From Parachlamydiales bacterium (lineage in GTDB: Bacteria; Chlamydiota; Chlamydiia; Chlamydiales; JAEYWL01): DNA of 64,000 bases. The stretch spans positions 1,054 to 65,053 of the forward strand of contig JAGVLX010000002.1 of assembly GCA_020054065.1 (NCBI GenBank). The letters are read 5' to 3'. Positions 26,929-34,893 of this stretch are shown piece after piece. The notes beneath the pieces were generated by a model. The model was not told where the DNA came from and ran no database searches. It saw only the letters and a list, made by a program, of their open reading frames with translations. Made by a program: the position numbers and the translations under genes. Position 1 is the stretch's first letter. Each line of letters starts with the position of its first letter.

Positions 26929-29556
26929 TTAATTCCATGAATCGATCATGATTTGCAGCAAATCGTACGTAGTTGTCAAAAGATGCTGCATCTGTTGAGA
27001 CGCAGCCAATCTTTCTGGTTCCTTAAAGGGAAGCCCCAGGCTTGTCTGGATGAATTTAAGGAAACGAGCTACCTCCTGATTCTGGAAGGTATGCTCGTAA
27101 TGGGGGTAGCGCAGCTGCGTGCTCAATTGCCGGCAATCTTTTAAAAACTTGATTGCCGAAGCAGTCAGAAGAATTGGGCAAGTTTTTTCTTTAATGGCCA
27201 CTAAATCGTGTTTGGCTTCAGAAACGAGAGCATGTCCATTCACGATTTCGGGATTGTGAGCAATCAAGATTTGTTCCATTAACGGATGAATGTTTAAGGT
27301 CACACCATAGGCACCTAACGATTTGATCTGACGGATCGGAACGTTTTTCAATTGCAGCAACGCATGGATTTGACATAAATAAAATCCAACATTTTTATAG
27401 GCCCGGACTTGTTCATCATTTCCTCCCGCGAGGGTTTTTTCCTTAACCCACGCAATCAATTTTTCAAGGGTCATCGGCTGGATATTCAACATTTCAAAAA
27501 TAACGTTCAACGAATCTTGAAGCAATTTTTGAGCAAATTTTTGTTCTTCACACGGGTGAGTATCCTCGACGACGGTATAATCGCTCGGTTGTCCGATCGT
27601 CGCTGCATAATCTTGCTGTTGTTTGATAGATGCCGCTAGCGAAGCGTGCATCTTAGAGGTATAGGGATAACGCATCCACATGCTGCCTAAATCGTTCCCC
27701 CATAGCCATCCTTTTTGTTCATGGTTCAATGCAGAAGCCTCGTCTATGCAGTTGTTCCATAAAGCGGAAAGGCTATGCTTTGAAATGGGATTCATCAATT
27801 GATAAATCTCGTTTCGATCGTGACGAAATAGCTCAATGCCGCGCAATGTTTGTTCTAGGCATAGGTGGGTGACGCAGCGGATGAGCGGCTCCGTAGAAAA
27901 ACGGGGCAGTCCAGGATAAGAAAGCAGCGCTGGTAATCCTTGTAAAAGATTAAAATGAAAGAGCGCGTTATTGAAATGGCTGTCGAGATCTTTGATATGG
28001 GTAGACCCGAATGTCTTTGCCATCTCTAAAGCATCTTTTTGGAGTCCGGAAATCCCTGAAAGGATTGTTTGATGCTGCTGTAAAAACTGTGCCATCCAAG
28101 AAAGCGGTGCAGCCGGTGCTTTTGCTACTGGAGGGGCAGCAGGCTGAGCAGGCGCGGGAGTAAGATTTTCAGGGACAGAAGTGCCGTGAGGCTTATGACG
28201 ATTCCGCCGGGGAGCTTTCTTCTCTTGTGCAGGCTGAACCATGTCTGCAAGCTGATGCCGTTCCTGCAAAATGACAGGAGTAGCGACCATGAACGTCGGC
28301 CAAAAACATCCCATAAGGCTGCAATGGATCGCATCATACAAATTTAGCAACTGGTCTAAATCCCTTGCGAATTTTTCGAGCTTATTAACGATTTCCGGCC
28401 TCTCGATCTCCGAATGAATCCCTTCTTTAACTAACTGCTCCATATATGCCATCGATAAAGCTTGCCGTTCCTGTATATTAACTGTTTTGGATAACTTATC
28501 TTTGAACGCCTTAACTTTTTCGAATGGAGCGACAGCAGCAATCTTGCATAACTGATCCATAAAAATAATGTAGCGGTGGATCGTGTTGCCTGTATCGTGG
28601 ATTTTATTTTTCATCGCGCGCAATAGTTTATGATCAGACGCAAATTTCAGTTCCCATTGGGTCGGCGTCGCAAGGTGTGTCCTTGTCTCCATTTTCTTGG
28701 TTAAGTTTTGGTAATAGATGAGCAAGATACGCAACTGCTGAATCAAATCTGTGGGAAGAGAGCGGTGAACAAAATAGTTCATCAGCGCTTCAAACATCAG
28801 TTTGCGCGGTGCCGAGAGGGCTTGTTTTAATTCTTCAAAAGAGTCGAGGACTTGCTTCCCTACTTCGACGATGTTCTGTGCACTTGATTGGTTGATAATC
28901 GCCATTTGGGAACGCAGATCCATCCATGATCTTTGCTGAAACACCCGAACCTGACGTTCCCCTTCTTCGAGTTCCTTCTCCGTCATCGGTTTTTCTGCAA
29001 CAAATTGGCTGACCCGTTTTTCTAGATGGGAATTAATGTAAGGGAGGTGAACTAGCGTATAGAGTTCCTTGCCACACCGTTGAATTTCTTTTTCAGAATA
29101 GTGGTCGCAAATCACAGAAGGTAAAAAAGAGTGCCCGTCCGCATTCGTTTTTTTGGCGGGAAGTTCTAATAAATAACGCTTCCAAACTTCATCTTCCCGG
29201 GGACGTTCGGCACGGACGGGAGTTCCAAACAATAACCTTCCCGCCACAAAATTCCTTACCTCATAGACTCTCTCTCCATGATTTGTGTAGTTATTGATAA
29301 AAAGAGCCCTCTGAACAATAAACTCACGCAACGTCAGGCTTGTTTCGAATGCTTGGATTCCCAAACGACTTACAATGGCGCCGATGCACACTTCTTGTTG
29401 TTTATTCAGGATCATTTCAAATGATTTATCAATGAGGTCCGCGACAATTTCGTCACGGATCCAGGCTAATGCTTCAGATGAAACCGTGGGTGCAGAGGTG
29501 ATTCCGCCTACTTGAGGGGTTGGACCATGCGGCAATGAAACAGAACTGAGCTCCAT
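26929..29556 (-). CDS. large hypothetical protein with Pro/Ala-rich linker and two C-terminal HEPN-like modules (effector candidate)
   Basis: 875 aa with no TM. Disordered Ser/Thr/Pro-rich N-terminus. Linker PENLTPAPAQPAAPPVAKAPAAP (aa 462-484). Modules CLEQTLRG..SKHSLSAL..WMRYPY (aa 565-632) and LMEQILIA..AKHDLVAI..LRYPHYEH (aa 759-822). Confidence 0.6.
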   Translation of the reverse strand: MELSSVSLPHGPTPQVGGITSAPTVSSEALAWIRDEIVADLIDKSFEMILNKQQEVCIGAIVSRLGIQAFETSLTLREFIVQRALFINNYTNHGERVYEVRNFVAGRLLFGTPVRAERPREDEVWKRYLLELPAKKTNADGHSFLPSVICDHYSEKEIQRCGKELYTLVHLPYINSHLEKRVSQFVAEKPMTEKELEEGERQVRVFQQRSWMDLRSQMAIINQSSAQNIVEVGKQVLDSFEELKQALSAPRKLMFEALMNYFVHRSLPTDLIQQLRILLIYYQNLTKKMETRTHLATPTQWELKFASDHKLLRAMKNKIHDTGNTIHRYIIFMDQLCKIAAVAPFEKVKAFKDKLSKTVNIQERQALSMAYMEQLVKEGIHSEIERPEIVNKLEKFARDLDQLLNLYDAIHCSLMGCFWPTFMVATPVILQERHQLADMVQPAQEKKAPRRNRHKPHGTSVPENLTPAPAQPAAPPVAKAPAAPLSWMAQFLQQHQTILSGISGLQKDALEMAKTFGSTHIKDLDSHFNNALFHFNLLQGLPALLSYPGLPRFSTEPLIRCVTHLCLEQTLRGIELFRHDRNEIYQLMNPISKHSLSALWNNCIDEASALNHEQKGWLWGNDLGSMWMRYPYTSKMHASLAASIKQQQDYAATIGQPSDYTVVEDTHPCEEQKFAQKLLQDSLNVIFEMLNIQPMTLEKLIAWVKEKTLAGGNDEQVRAYKNVGFYLCQIHALLQLKNVPIRQIKSLGAYGVTLNIHPLMEQILIAHNPEIVNGHALVSEAKHDLVAIKEKTCPILLTASAIKFLKDCRQLSTQLRYPHYEHTFQNQEVARFLKFIQTSLGLPFKEPERLAASQQMQHLLTTTYDLLQIMIDSWN

Positions 29557-29623
29557 AATCTTTCCTTAAATTATTGATTATTAATAGAGTACGATAATAT
29601 CTTTTTTAACTAAATTTTACTAG

Positions 29624-29652
29624 TTAAACTTCCCGCACAGAAATGGTACAAT
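29624..29652 (+). promoter_or_regulatory. candidate sigma70-type promoter of hisS
   Basis: TTAAAC-N17-TACAAT, 38 nt upstream of the hisS ATG. Confidence 0.3.
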
Positions 29653-29689
29653 AACGCTCATCACCAAACTCTTAAATGGGAAATCCCTT

Positions 29690-31138
29690 ATGACAATCAA
29701 TATCGCCCCTGGTGTTTTTGACATCATCCCCAACGACCCTGAGACATGGCGCAGCTCCTTCCTATGGCAATATGTAGAAAAGGTCATGCGCGAGACGGCT
29801 GCCCAATTCGGCTTTCAAGAGATCCGCACCCCTATTTTTGAACGGGTTGAGTTATTTAAGCGAGTCGTCGGAGATACCTCGGACATTGTGGCAAAAGAGA
29901 TGTATGCCTTTGAAGATAAAGGGGGGAGAATGATGGCCCTGCGTCCGGAAGGCACAGCAGCTGTGATGCGGGCGTTTATTGAAAACCAACTGCAGAACCA
30001 AAGCCCCATTCAAAAGTTTTTTTACATCTGCCCCATGTTCCGGTATGACCGCCCGCAGGCAGGCCGCTACCGGCAGCACCATCAGTTCGGTGCGGAAGCG
30101 ATCGGCAGCAATACGCCCGAGCAAGATGTGGAGTTGATTGATTTGCTCACCACTGTCTACACCCGTTTGGGACTCCAAAACTTAAAAGTGTATATCAACT
30201 CCATCGGCGAACCAGATGCGCGTGCGCAATTCCGGGAAGCACTAAAAGCGTATTTGAAGCCCCACTTCGCAACGTTATCGGAAGAGAGCCAAAAACGGTT
30301 TGAACAAAACCCCTTGCGGATTTTGGATTCGAAAGATCCTACTGATCAAACAGTTGTAGCAAACGCTCCCTCCATTTTGGATTTTTTAAGCCCCGAAAGC
30401 AAGGCCCACTTTGAAAAAGTGCAAAGCTATCTGAAATTGCTAAACATTGATTTTGAAGTGAATCACCGTCTGGTGCGCGGGCTTGATTACTATAATGGGA
30501 CCGTGTTTGAAGTTGTGGCTGGCGATCTAGGCGCGCAGAATAGTGTGGGGGGCGGCGGCCGCTATGATGGATTGCTCAAAATGCTGGGCGGTCAGGATCT
30601 GCCAGCCATCGGATTTGGGTGCGGCATTGAGCGTACCATTCAAACGATGTTGAAGCAAAACGTCACCCTTCCAGCGGATCAAGGGGTTTCGTTATTTATT
30701 ATTCCTTTGGGTGAAGAAGCGCAAAACGAGTGTTTTACCATGACCCATTATCTTCGGCAGCAGGGAATTTCGGTCCAAATGGATTATTCCGGGCGCAAGC
30801 TGAATAAGGTGATGCAATATGCGAATACGATCAAGGCCAAGCATGTGGTCGTGATCGGAGAAAACGAATTAAAAACTGGCGAGGTTGATTTAAAAGAGAT
30901 GGCCACCGGAGATGTCATCCGTATCCCCATTAAGAGTCTTTTGAACATCCTCAAGATCGAGCGGGATAGCGCTGATTTTGTTCGCAGCTGGGACGAAATG
31001 AACCGTCCTTTCGATGATCCGCGGGAAGCGGAGTATTTCAAACGCAAGGTGGAACATGCGATTAAAGAGACTCAAAAAATCACGAACAAACTGAAAACCA
31101 GCTTGGAGTCGCTCAAAACCTTCCTTGATAACGTCTAG
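29690..31138 (+). CDS. hisS: histidyl-tRNA synthetase (with about 50-aa C-terminal extension)
   Basis: GVFDIIP..FQEIRTPIFE..MMALRPEGTA..FRYDRPQAGRYRQHHQFGAE..GGGRYDGL. Confidence 0.93.
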   Translation: MTINIAPGVFDIIPNDPETWRSSFLWQYVEKVMRETAAQFGFQEIRTPIFERVELFKRVVGDTSDIVAKEMYAFEDKGGRMMALRPEGTAAVMRAFIENQLQNQSPIQKFFYICPMFRYDRPQAGRYRQHHQFGAEAIGSNTPEQDVELIDLLTTVYTRLGLQNLKVYINSIGEPDARAQFREALKAYLKPHFATLSEESQKRFEQNPLRILDSKDPTDQTVVANAPSILDFLSPESKAHFEKVQSYLKLLNIDFEVNHRLVRGLDYYNGTVFEVVAGDLGAQNSVGGGGRYDGLLKMLGGQDLPAIGFGCGIERTIQTMLKQNVTLPADQGVSLFIIPLGEEAQNECFTMTHYLRQQGISVQMDYSGRKLNKVMQYANTIKAKHVVVIGENELKTGEVDLKEMATGDVIRIPIKSLLNILKIERDSADFVRSWDEMNRPFDDPREAEYFKRKVEHAIKETQKITNKLKTSLESLKTFLDNV

Positions 31139-31142
31139 CAAA

Positions 31143-31190
31143 AACAGGACCAGGACATGCAGACAAGTAATTTTTTGTCCTGGTCCTGTT
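31143..31190. repeat. Family B palindromic element, short copy B2 (terminator-like hairpin)
   Basis: aacaggaccaggaca (31143-57) pairs with tgtcctggtcctgtt (31176-90). The loop ends in tttttt. It lies 5 nt after the hisS stop. Confidence 0.85.
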
Positions 31191-31200
31191 AGCAAGAAAG

Positions 31201-31230
31201 TTCGTTAAAATCCCCAACCTGTGATATAAT
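31201..31230 (+). promoter_or_regulatory. candidate extended -10 promoter of aspS
   Basis: TGaTATAAT at 31222-31230. Weak -35 (tcgtta) 17 nt upstream. Confidence 0.3.
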
Positions 31231-31259
31231 AATTCTAAATTTTTGATTATTGGTTATTT

Positions 31260-33047
31260 ATGCAAGATTTTCGACGCACCCACACGTGCGGTCAGCTGAC
31301 GGCAAAAGATGTGGGCCAAAAAGTTAAACTTTCCGGATGGGTTCATCGCCGCCGCGATCATGGCGGGTTGATCTTTATCGATTTGCGCGACCGTTTCGGA
31401 ATCACGCAGTTAGTTTTTGATCCCGTGTTATCTCCTGCTGCTCATAAAGAAGCTGACAAAATGCGCAACGAGTGGGTGATCACCATCGCGGGAGAGGTGA
31501 TCATGCGCGCGCCTGATATGGCAAACGCCAAACTGACAACCGGCGAGATCGAAATCAAAACCAGCCAAATTTCCGTCCTCTCTAAAGCGCATACGCCTCC
31601 GTTTTCCATCTGCGACGACTTTATTGAAGTCAATGAAGAGCTCAGGTTGAAATACCGCTATCTGGACATGCGGCGCGGCGACATCGCGCAAAAGCTAGTC
31701 AAGCGGCATCAAGTGATGATGGCCGTGCGGACTTATTTGGATCAACAGCGGTTTTTAGAAATTTCCACGCCGATTTTAGGCAAGTCGACTCCTGAAGGAG
31801 CGCGGGATTATTTAGTGCCTTCACGAGTACATCCGGGGGCATTTTATGCTTTGCCGCAATCGCCCCAAATTTTTAAGCAGCTTCTGATGGTCGGGGGAAT
31901 GGATCGCTATTTCCAAATCGCCCAATGTTTCAGAGATGAAGACTTACGTGCCGACCGTCAGCCGGAATTCACCCAGATCGATCTGGAAATGAGTTTTGGA
32001 ACTCCCGACGAACTCTTCCCCATCATCGAAGGATTGGTCGGACAAATTTTCAAAACGTGCGGCGCCATCGACATTCCCAAAACATTCCGACGTATGAGTT
32101 ATGCGGAATGCATGAACACATATGGAACTGACAAGCCCGATCTGCGGTTTGATATGCCGTTAGTCTCGATTGACGATATCGGCGAGAAAAGCGCGTTTGA
32201 AGTGTTCAAAGCCCAGCTAATTGGCGGAGGAATCGTGAAAGCGATCTGCGTCAAGGGCGGAGCCGACATCACCCGCAAAGGAATTGAAGAGTATACCGCA
32301 TTTGTCGGACGGTTCGGCATTCAAGGACTCGCCTGGATGAAAGTCCAAGAAGATGGAACATTGAATTCCAATATTGTGAAATTCTTCAGTCCGGAACTCC
32401 AAACCGAACTGCTGAAACGTTTGGAGTGCCAGCCATCCGATCTTATTTTTATGGTTGCGGATACTCCGGAACGCACGAATCAAGCCTTGGATCACCTTCG
32501 TCGCAAAATCGCCCGCGACCGGGGGTTGATCGATAGGAACCGTTACGAATTTTTATGGGTGACCGACTTCCCGTTGTTTACCTGGAACGCTGATGAAGGA
32601 CGGTTGGAAAGCGAGCACCATCCGTTTACCTCTCCGCATTTTGAAGATCTTGGATTGCTTGCGATTGAACCTTTAAAAGTGCGATCCTCCAGCTACGATT
32701 TAGTGTTAAACGGCTACGAGATCGCATCAGGATCGCAGCGGATTCATGATAGCAGCTTGCAACAACAAATCTTCTCGATTTTGCAGTTGTCAAACGAAGA
32801 AATCCGTTCCCGCTTCGGCTTCTTTGTGGAAGCATTAAGTTATGGGACGCCGCCCCATTTGGGTGCTGCGCTTGGATTAGACCGTTTGGTCATGATCTTA
32901 ACCCAAACGGAAAATATTCGTGATGTGATCGCCTTCCCCAAAACCCAGAAGGCCAGCGATGTGATGATGGATTGCCCTTCATTCGTTGCCCAAAAGCAAT
33001 TGCATGAACTTAACCTTGCGATTGAGGCACAGGAAAATATTCCTTGA
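31260..33047 (+). CDS. aspS: aspartyl-tRNA synthetase
   Basis: RTHTCGQL..GWVHRRRDHGGLIFIDLRD..FRDEDLRADRQPEFTQID..GSQRIHD..YGTPPHLGAALGLDRL. Confidence 0.95.
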   Translation: MQDFRRTHTCGQLTAKDVGQKVKLSGWVHRRRDHGGLIFIDLRDRFGITQLVFDPVLSPAAHKEADKMRNEWVITIAGEVIMRAPDMANAKLTTGEIEIKTSQISVLSKAHTPPFSICDDFIEVNEELRLKYRYLDMRRGDIAQKLVKRHQVMMAVRTYLDQQRFLEISTPILGKSTPEGARDYLVPSRVHPGAFYALPQSPQIFKQLLMVGGMDRYFQIAQCFRDEDLRADRQPEFTQIDLEMSFGTPDELFPIIEGLVGQIFKTCGAIDIPKTFRRMSYAECMNTYGTDKPDLRFDMPLVSIDDIGEKSAFEVFKAQLIGGGIVKAICVKGGADITRKGIEEYTAFVGRFGIQGLAWMKVQEDGTLNSNIVKFFSPELQTELLKRLECQPSDLIFMVADTPERTNQALDHLRRKIARDRGLIDRNRYEFLWVTDFPLFTWNADEGRLESEHHPFTSPHFEDLGLLAIEPLKVRSSSYDLVLNGYEIASGSQRIHDSSLQQQIFSILQLSNEEIRSRFGFFVEALSYGTPPHLGAALGLDRLVMILTQTENIRDVIAFPKTQKASDVMMDCPSFVAQKQLHELNLAIEAQENIP

Positions 33048-33106
33048 TAATATACCGACTAGAGTCTGAAAATAGGTCATAAACAATCTTTTTTTAAGGA
33101 TCATCT

Positions 33107-33853
33107 ATGATGAAATATCGCTCCCTTTCTCTCTGGATTAGCACCTTGACATTCTCACTTGCGATGCCTTTAGCTGCACATGAAACCGGAGAAGCCCATA
33201 CTCATGACGACAAACCGGTCGATATCAGCAAAGTTTCAGAAGCTTTTGGGAATTTCATTGGACGCACGCTCAATAATCCTTCTCTAGGGATTAAATTTGA
33301 CATCGAAGCGGTCATCAAAGGCATTCGTGAAGGTTCAGAAGGGAAGCCTTCCCCGATGAGCGAAAGAGATTACGAGGAAGCGGTTGTGATCTTGCAAGAG
33401 CAAGGGATTAAAAAACTCGCTGAGGAAAACTTAGCAAAGGCGAACGAGTTCTTAGCTAAAAATGCAAAAAATAGTGGTATCATCGAAATCGAACCGGGCA
33501 AGCTTCAATATGAGATTATTCAAAAAGGAGACGGCCCAAAAGTGGCGGAGCACACCTCGCCGTTAATTCAATACACCGGTAAATTTATCGACGGCACCGT
33601 TTTCGGAAGCTCTGAAGAATCGGGGCCCATCCGCATCAACCTCGACCGTACCATCACCGGTTTCAGCAAAGGGTTAATCGGGATGGAGAAAGGGGAAAAA
33701 AGACGCTTGTTCATCCACCCTGACTTGGCTTATGGGACAAAAGGAGACTTAGCCCCGAACGCACTTTTAATTTTTGAAGTAGAAGTGGTCAATGTCGGCG
33801 AGCCAGAGCAGGTGAACGCGGCTGCCCCAAAAATTGAAACCGAAACAAAATAA
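33107..33853 (+). CDS. mip: FKBP-type peptidyl-prolyl isomerase, Mip-like
   Basis: Signal peptide, Mip-type N-terminal helix, then FKBP core YTGKFIDGTVFGSS..ITGFSKGLIGMEKGEKRRLFIHPDLAYG. Synteny aspS-mip-trmL-trxA. Confidence 0.9.
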   Translation: MMKYRSLSLWISTLTFSLAMPLAAHETGEAHTHDDKPVDISKVSEAFGNFIGRTLNNPSLGIKFDIEAVIKGIREGSEGKPSPMSERDYEEAVVILQEQGIKKLAEENLAKANEFLAKNAKNSGIIEIEPGKLQYEIIQKGDGPKVAEHTSPLIQYTGKFIDGTVFGSSEESGPIRINLDRTITGFSKGLIGMEKGEKRRLFIHPDLAYGTKGDLAPNALLIFEVEVVNVGEPEQVNAAAPKIETETK

Positions 33854-33867
33854 CGAAAAATATCAAC

Positions 33868-33954
33868 GTCTCTGTGATTAAATCAAATTAACCACAGAGG
33901 CACAGAGGTCACAGAGTTATTTTTTTATCTCTGTGATCTCTGTGCCTCTGTGGT
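33868..33954. repeat. Family A palindromic element, short copy A3
   Basis: accacagaggcacagaggtcacagag (33891-33916) pairs with ctctgtgatctctgtgcctctgtggt (33929-33954), with a T-rich loop. An extra arm fragment gtctctgtgat lies at 33868-78. Confidence 0.9.
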
Positions 33955-33975
33955 AATTTTCTTTAGAATTCAACT

Positions 33976-34422
33976 ATGAAAGTTGTTTTAGTTCAACCCC
34001 AAATCCCCCAGAATACCGGTAATATTGTTCGCACATGTGCCGTAACGGGCTGTGATTTGATTCTTGTGCGTCCGCTTGGATTTAGTGTAAATGACCGTTG
34101 GTTGAAACGTGCCGGATTGGATTATTGGGAAGGGGTTAAAGTAGAAATGGCCGATTCAATTGACGCTGTTTTGGAATCTGCAAAAGGTCGCTTTTATTTT
34201 TTCTCAAGTAAAGCCAAACAACGTTATACCGATGTTATTTATCAACCAGAAGACCTTTTGATTTTCGGCTCGGAAACGTCAGGGCTTCCCCCACATCTTT
34301 TTGAGACCTATCCCGAACAATTCGTACAAATCCCCATGTTGGAGAATGTTAGGTGTTTAAACCTCGCGACGTCAGTAGGGATTGCCGTGTATGGCGCATG
34401 GCATCAGTTAGGATTTAAATAG
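33976..34422 (+). CDS. trmL: tRNA (cytidine/uridine-2'-O)-methyltransferase TrmL (SpoU/YibK)
   Basis: MKVVLVQPQIPQNTGNIVRTCAVTGCDLILVRPLGF..LIFGSETSGLP..NLATSVGIAVYGAW. Confidence 0.9.
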   Translation: MKVVLVQPQIPQNTGNIVRTCAVTGCDLILVRPLGFSVNDRWLKRAGLDYWEGVKVEMADSIDAVLESAKGRFYFFSSKAKQRYTDVIYQPEDLLIFGSETSGLPPHLFETYPEQFVQIPMLENVRCLNLATSVGIAVYGAWHQLGFK

Positions 34423-34495
34423 AAAAAGGACCTAAATGACTTTATGTCGTTTAGGTCCTTTTTGTCCCTTTGGTCGTTTTGTCGTTCGTCCTTTT
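34423..34495. repeat. Family B-related element B3: perfect 18-bp bidirectional terminator hairpin plus solo arm
   Basis: aaaaaggacctaaatgac (34423-40), 5-nt loop, gtcgtttaggtccttttt (34446-63), followed by the arm gtccctttggtcgttttgtcgttcgtcctttt. It lies between the convergent trmL and trxA stops. Confidence 0.88.
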
Positions 34496-34820
34496 ATGCC
34501 ATTGCAGCGGTGATTAGCTTTTTAAGGGTACTTAGATCTTTAACTCCGACGATCCGTTTGACCTCTTGTCCGTTTTTAAACAAGATCAACGTGGGAATTG
34601 AAGTGACCTGATAGGTCTGAGTGGTTTTTTGCGACGCATCAATATCCAATTTCCCAACCGAAACTTTACCCGTCATCTCAGAGGCAAACTGGTCGATCAC
34701 CGGCGACATCATTCTGCACGGTCCACACCAATCTGCGTAGAAATCGACTAAGGTAAATCCATCCGCTGTTTCTGCTGAGAAATTATCATCGTGCAGTTGC
34801 TTAATTTGATCGCTAGCCAT
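34494..34820 (-). CDS. trxA: thioredoxin
   Basis: DFYADWCGPCRMMSPV..IPTLILFKNGQ. Start set at ATG 34820 (MASDQIKQL, 108 aa, GAGGA SD); the track ORF starts 10 codons upstream. Confidence 0.93.
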   Translation of the reverse strand: MASDQIKQLHDDNFSAETADGFTLVDFYADWCGPCRMMSPVIDQFASEMTGKVSVGKLDIDASQKTTQTYQVTSIPTLILFKNGQEVKRIVGVKDLSTLKKLITAAMA

Positions 34821-34893
34821 GTCCTCATCCTTTTTTGATTTTTCTACCATCTTCTACTCTTATTTTTTCATATTTTGCCGATTTTTTCCACTA

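Noticed and set aside
26929-29556. Cas13-like interpretation of the dual HEPN-like protein
   Set aside because: There is no CRISPR array or cas gene nearby. Both HEPN-like modules lie in the C-terminal half, whereas Cas13 has them split across the protein, and only one has a proper Rx4-6H. It is kept only as a generic tandem-HEPN candidate.
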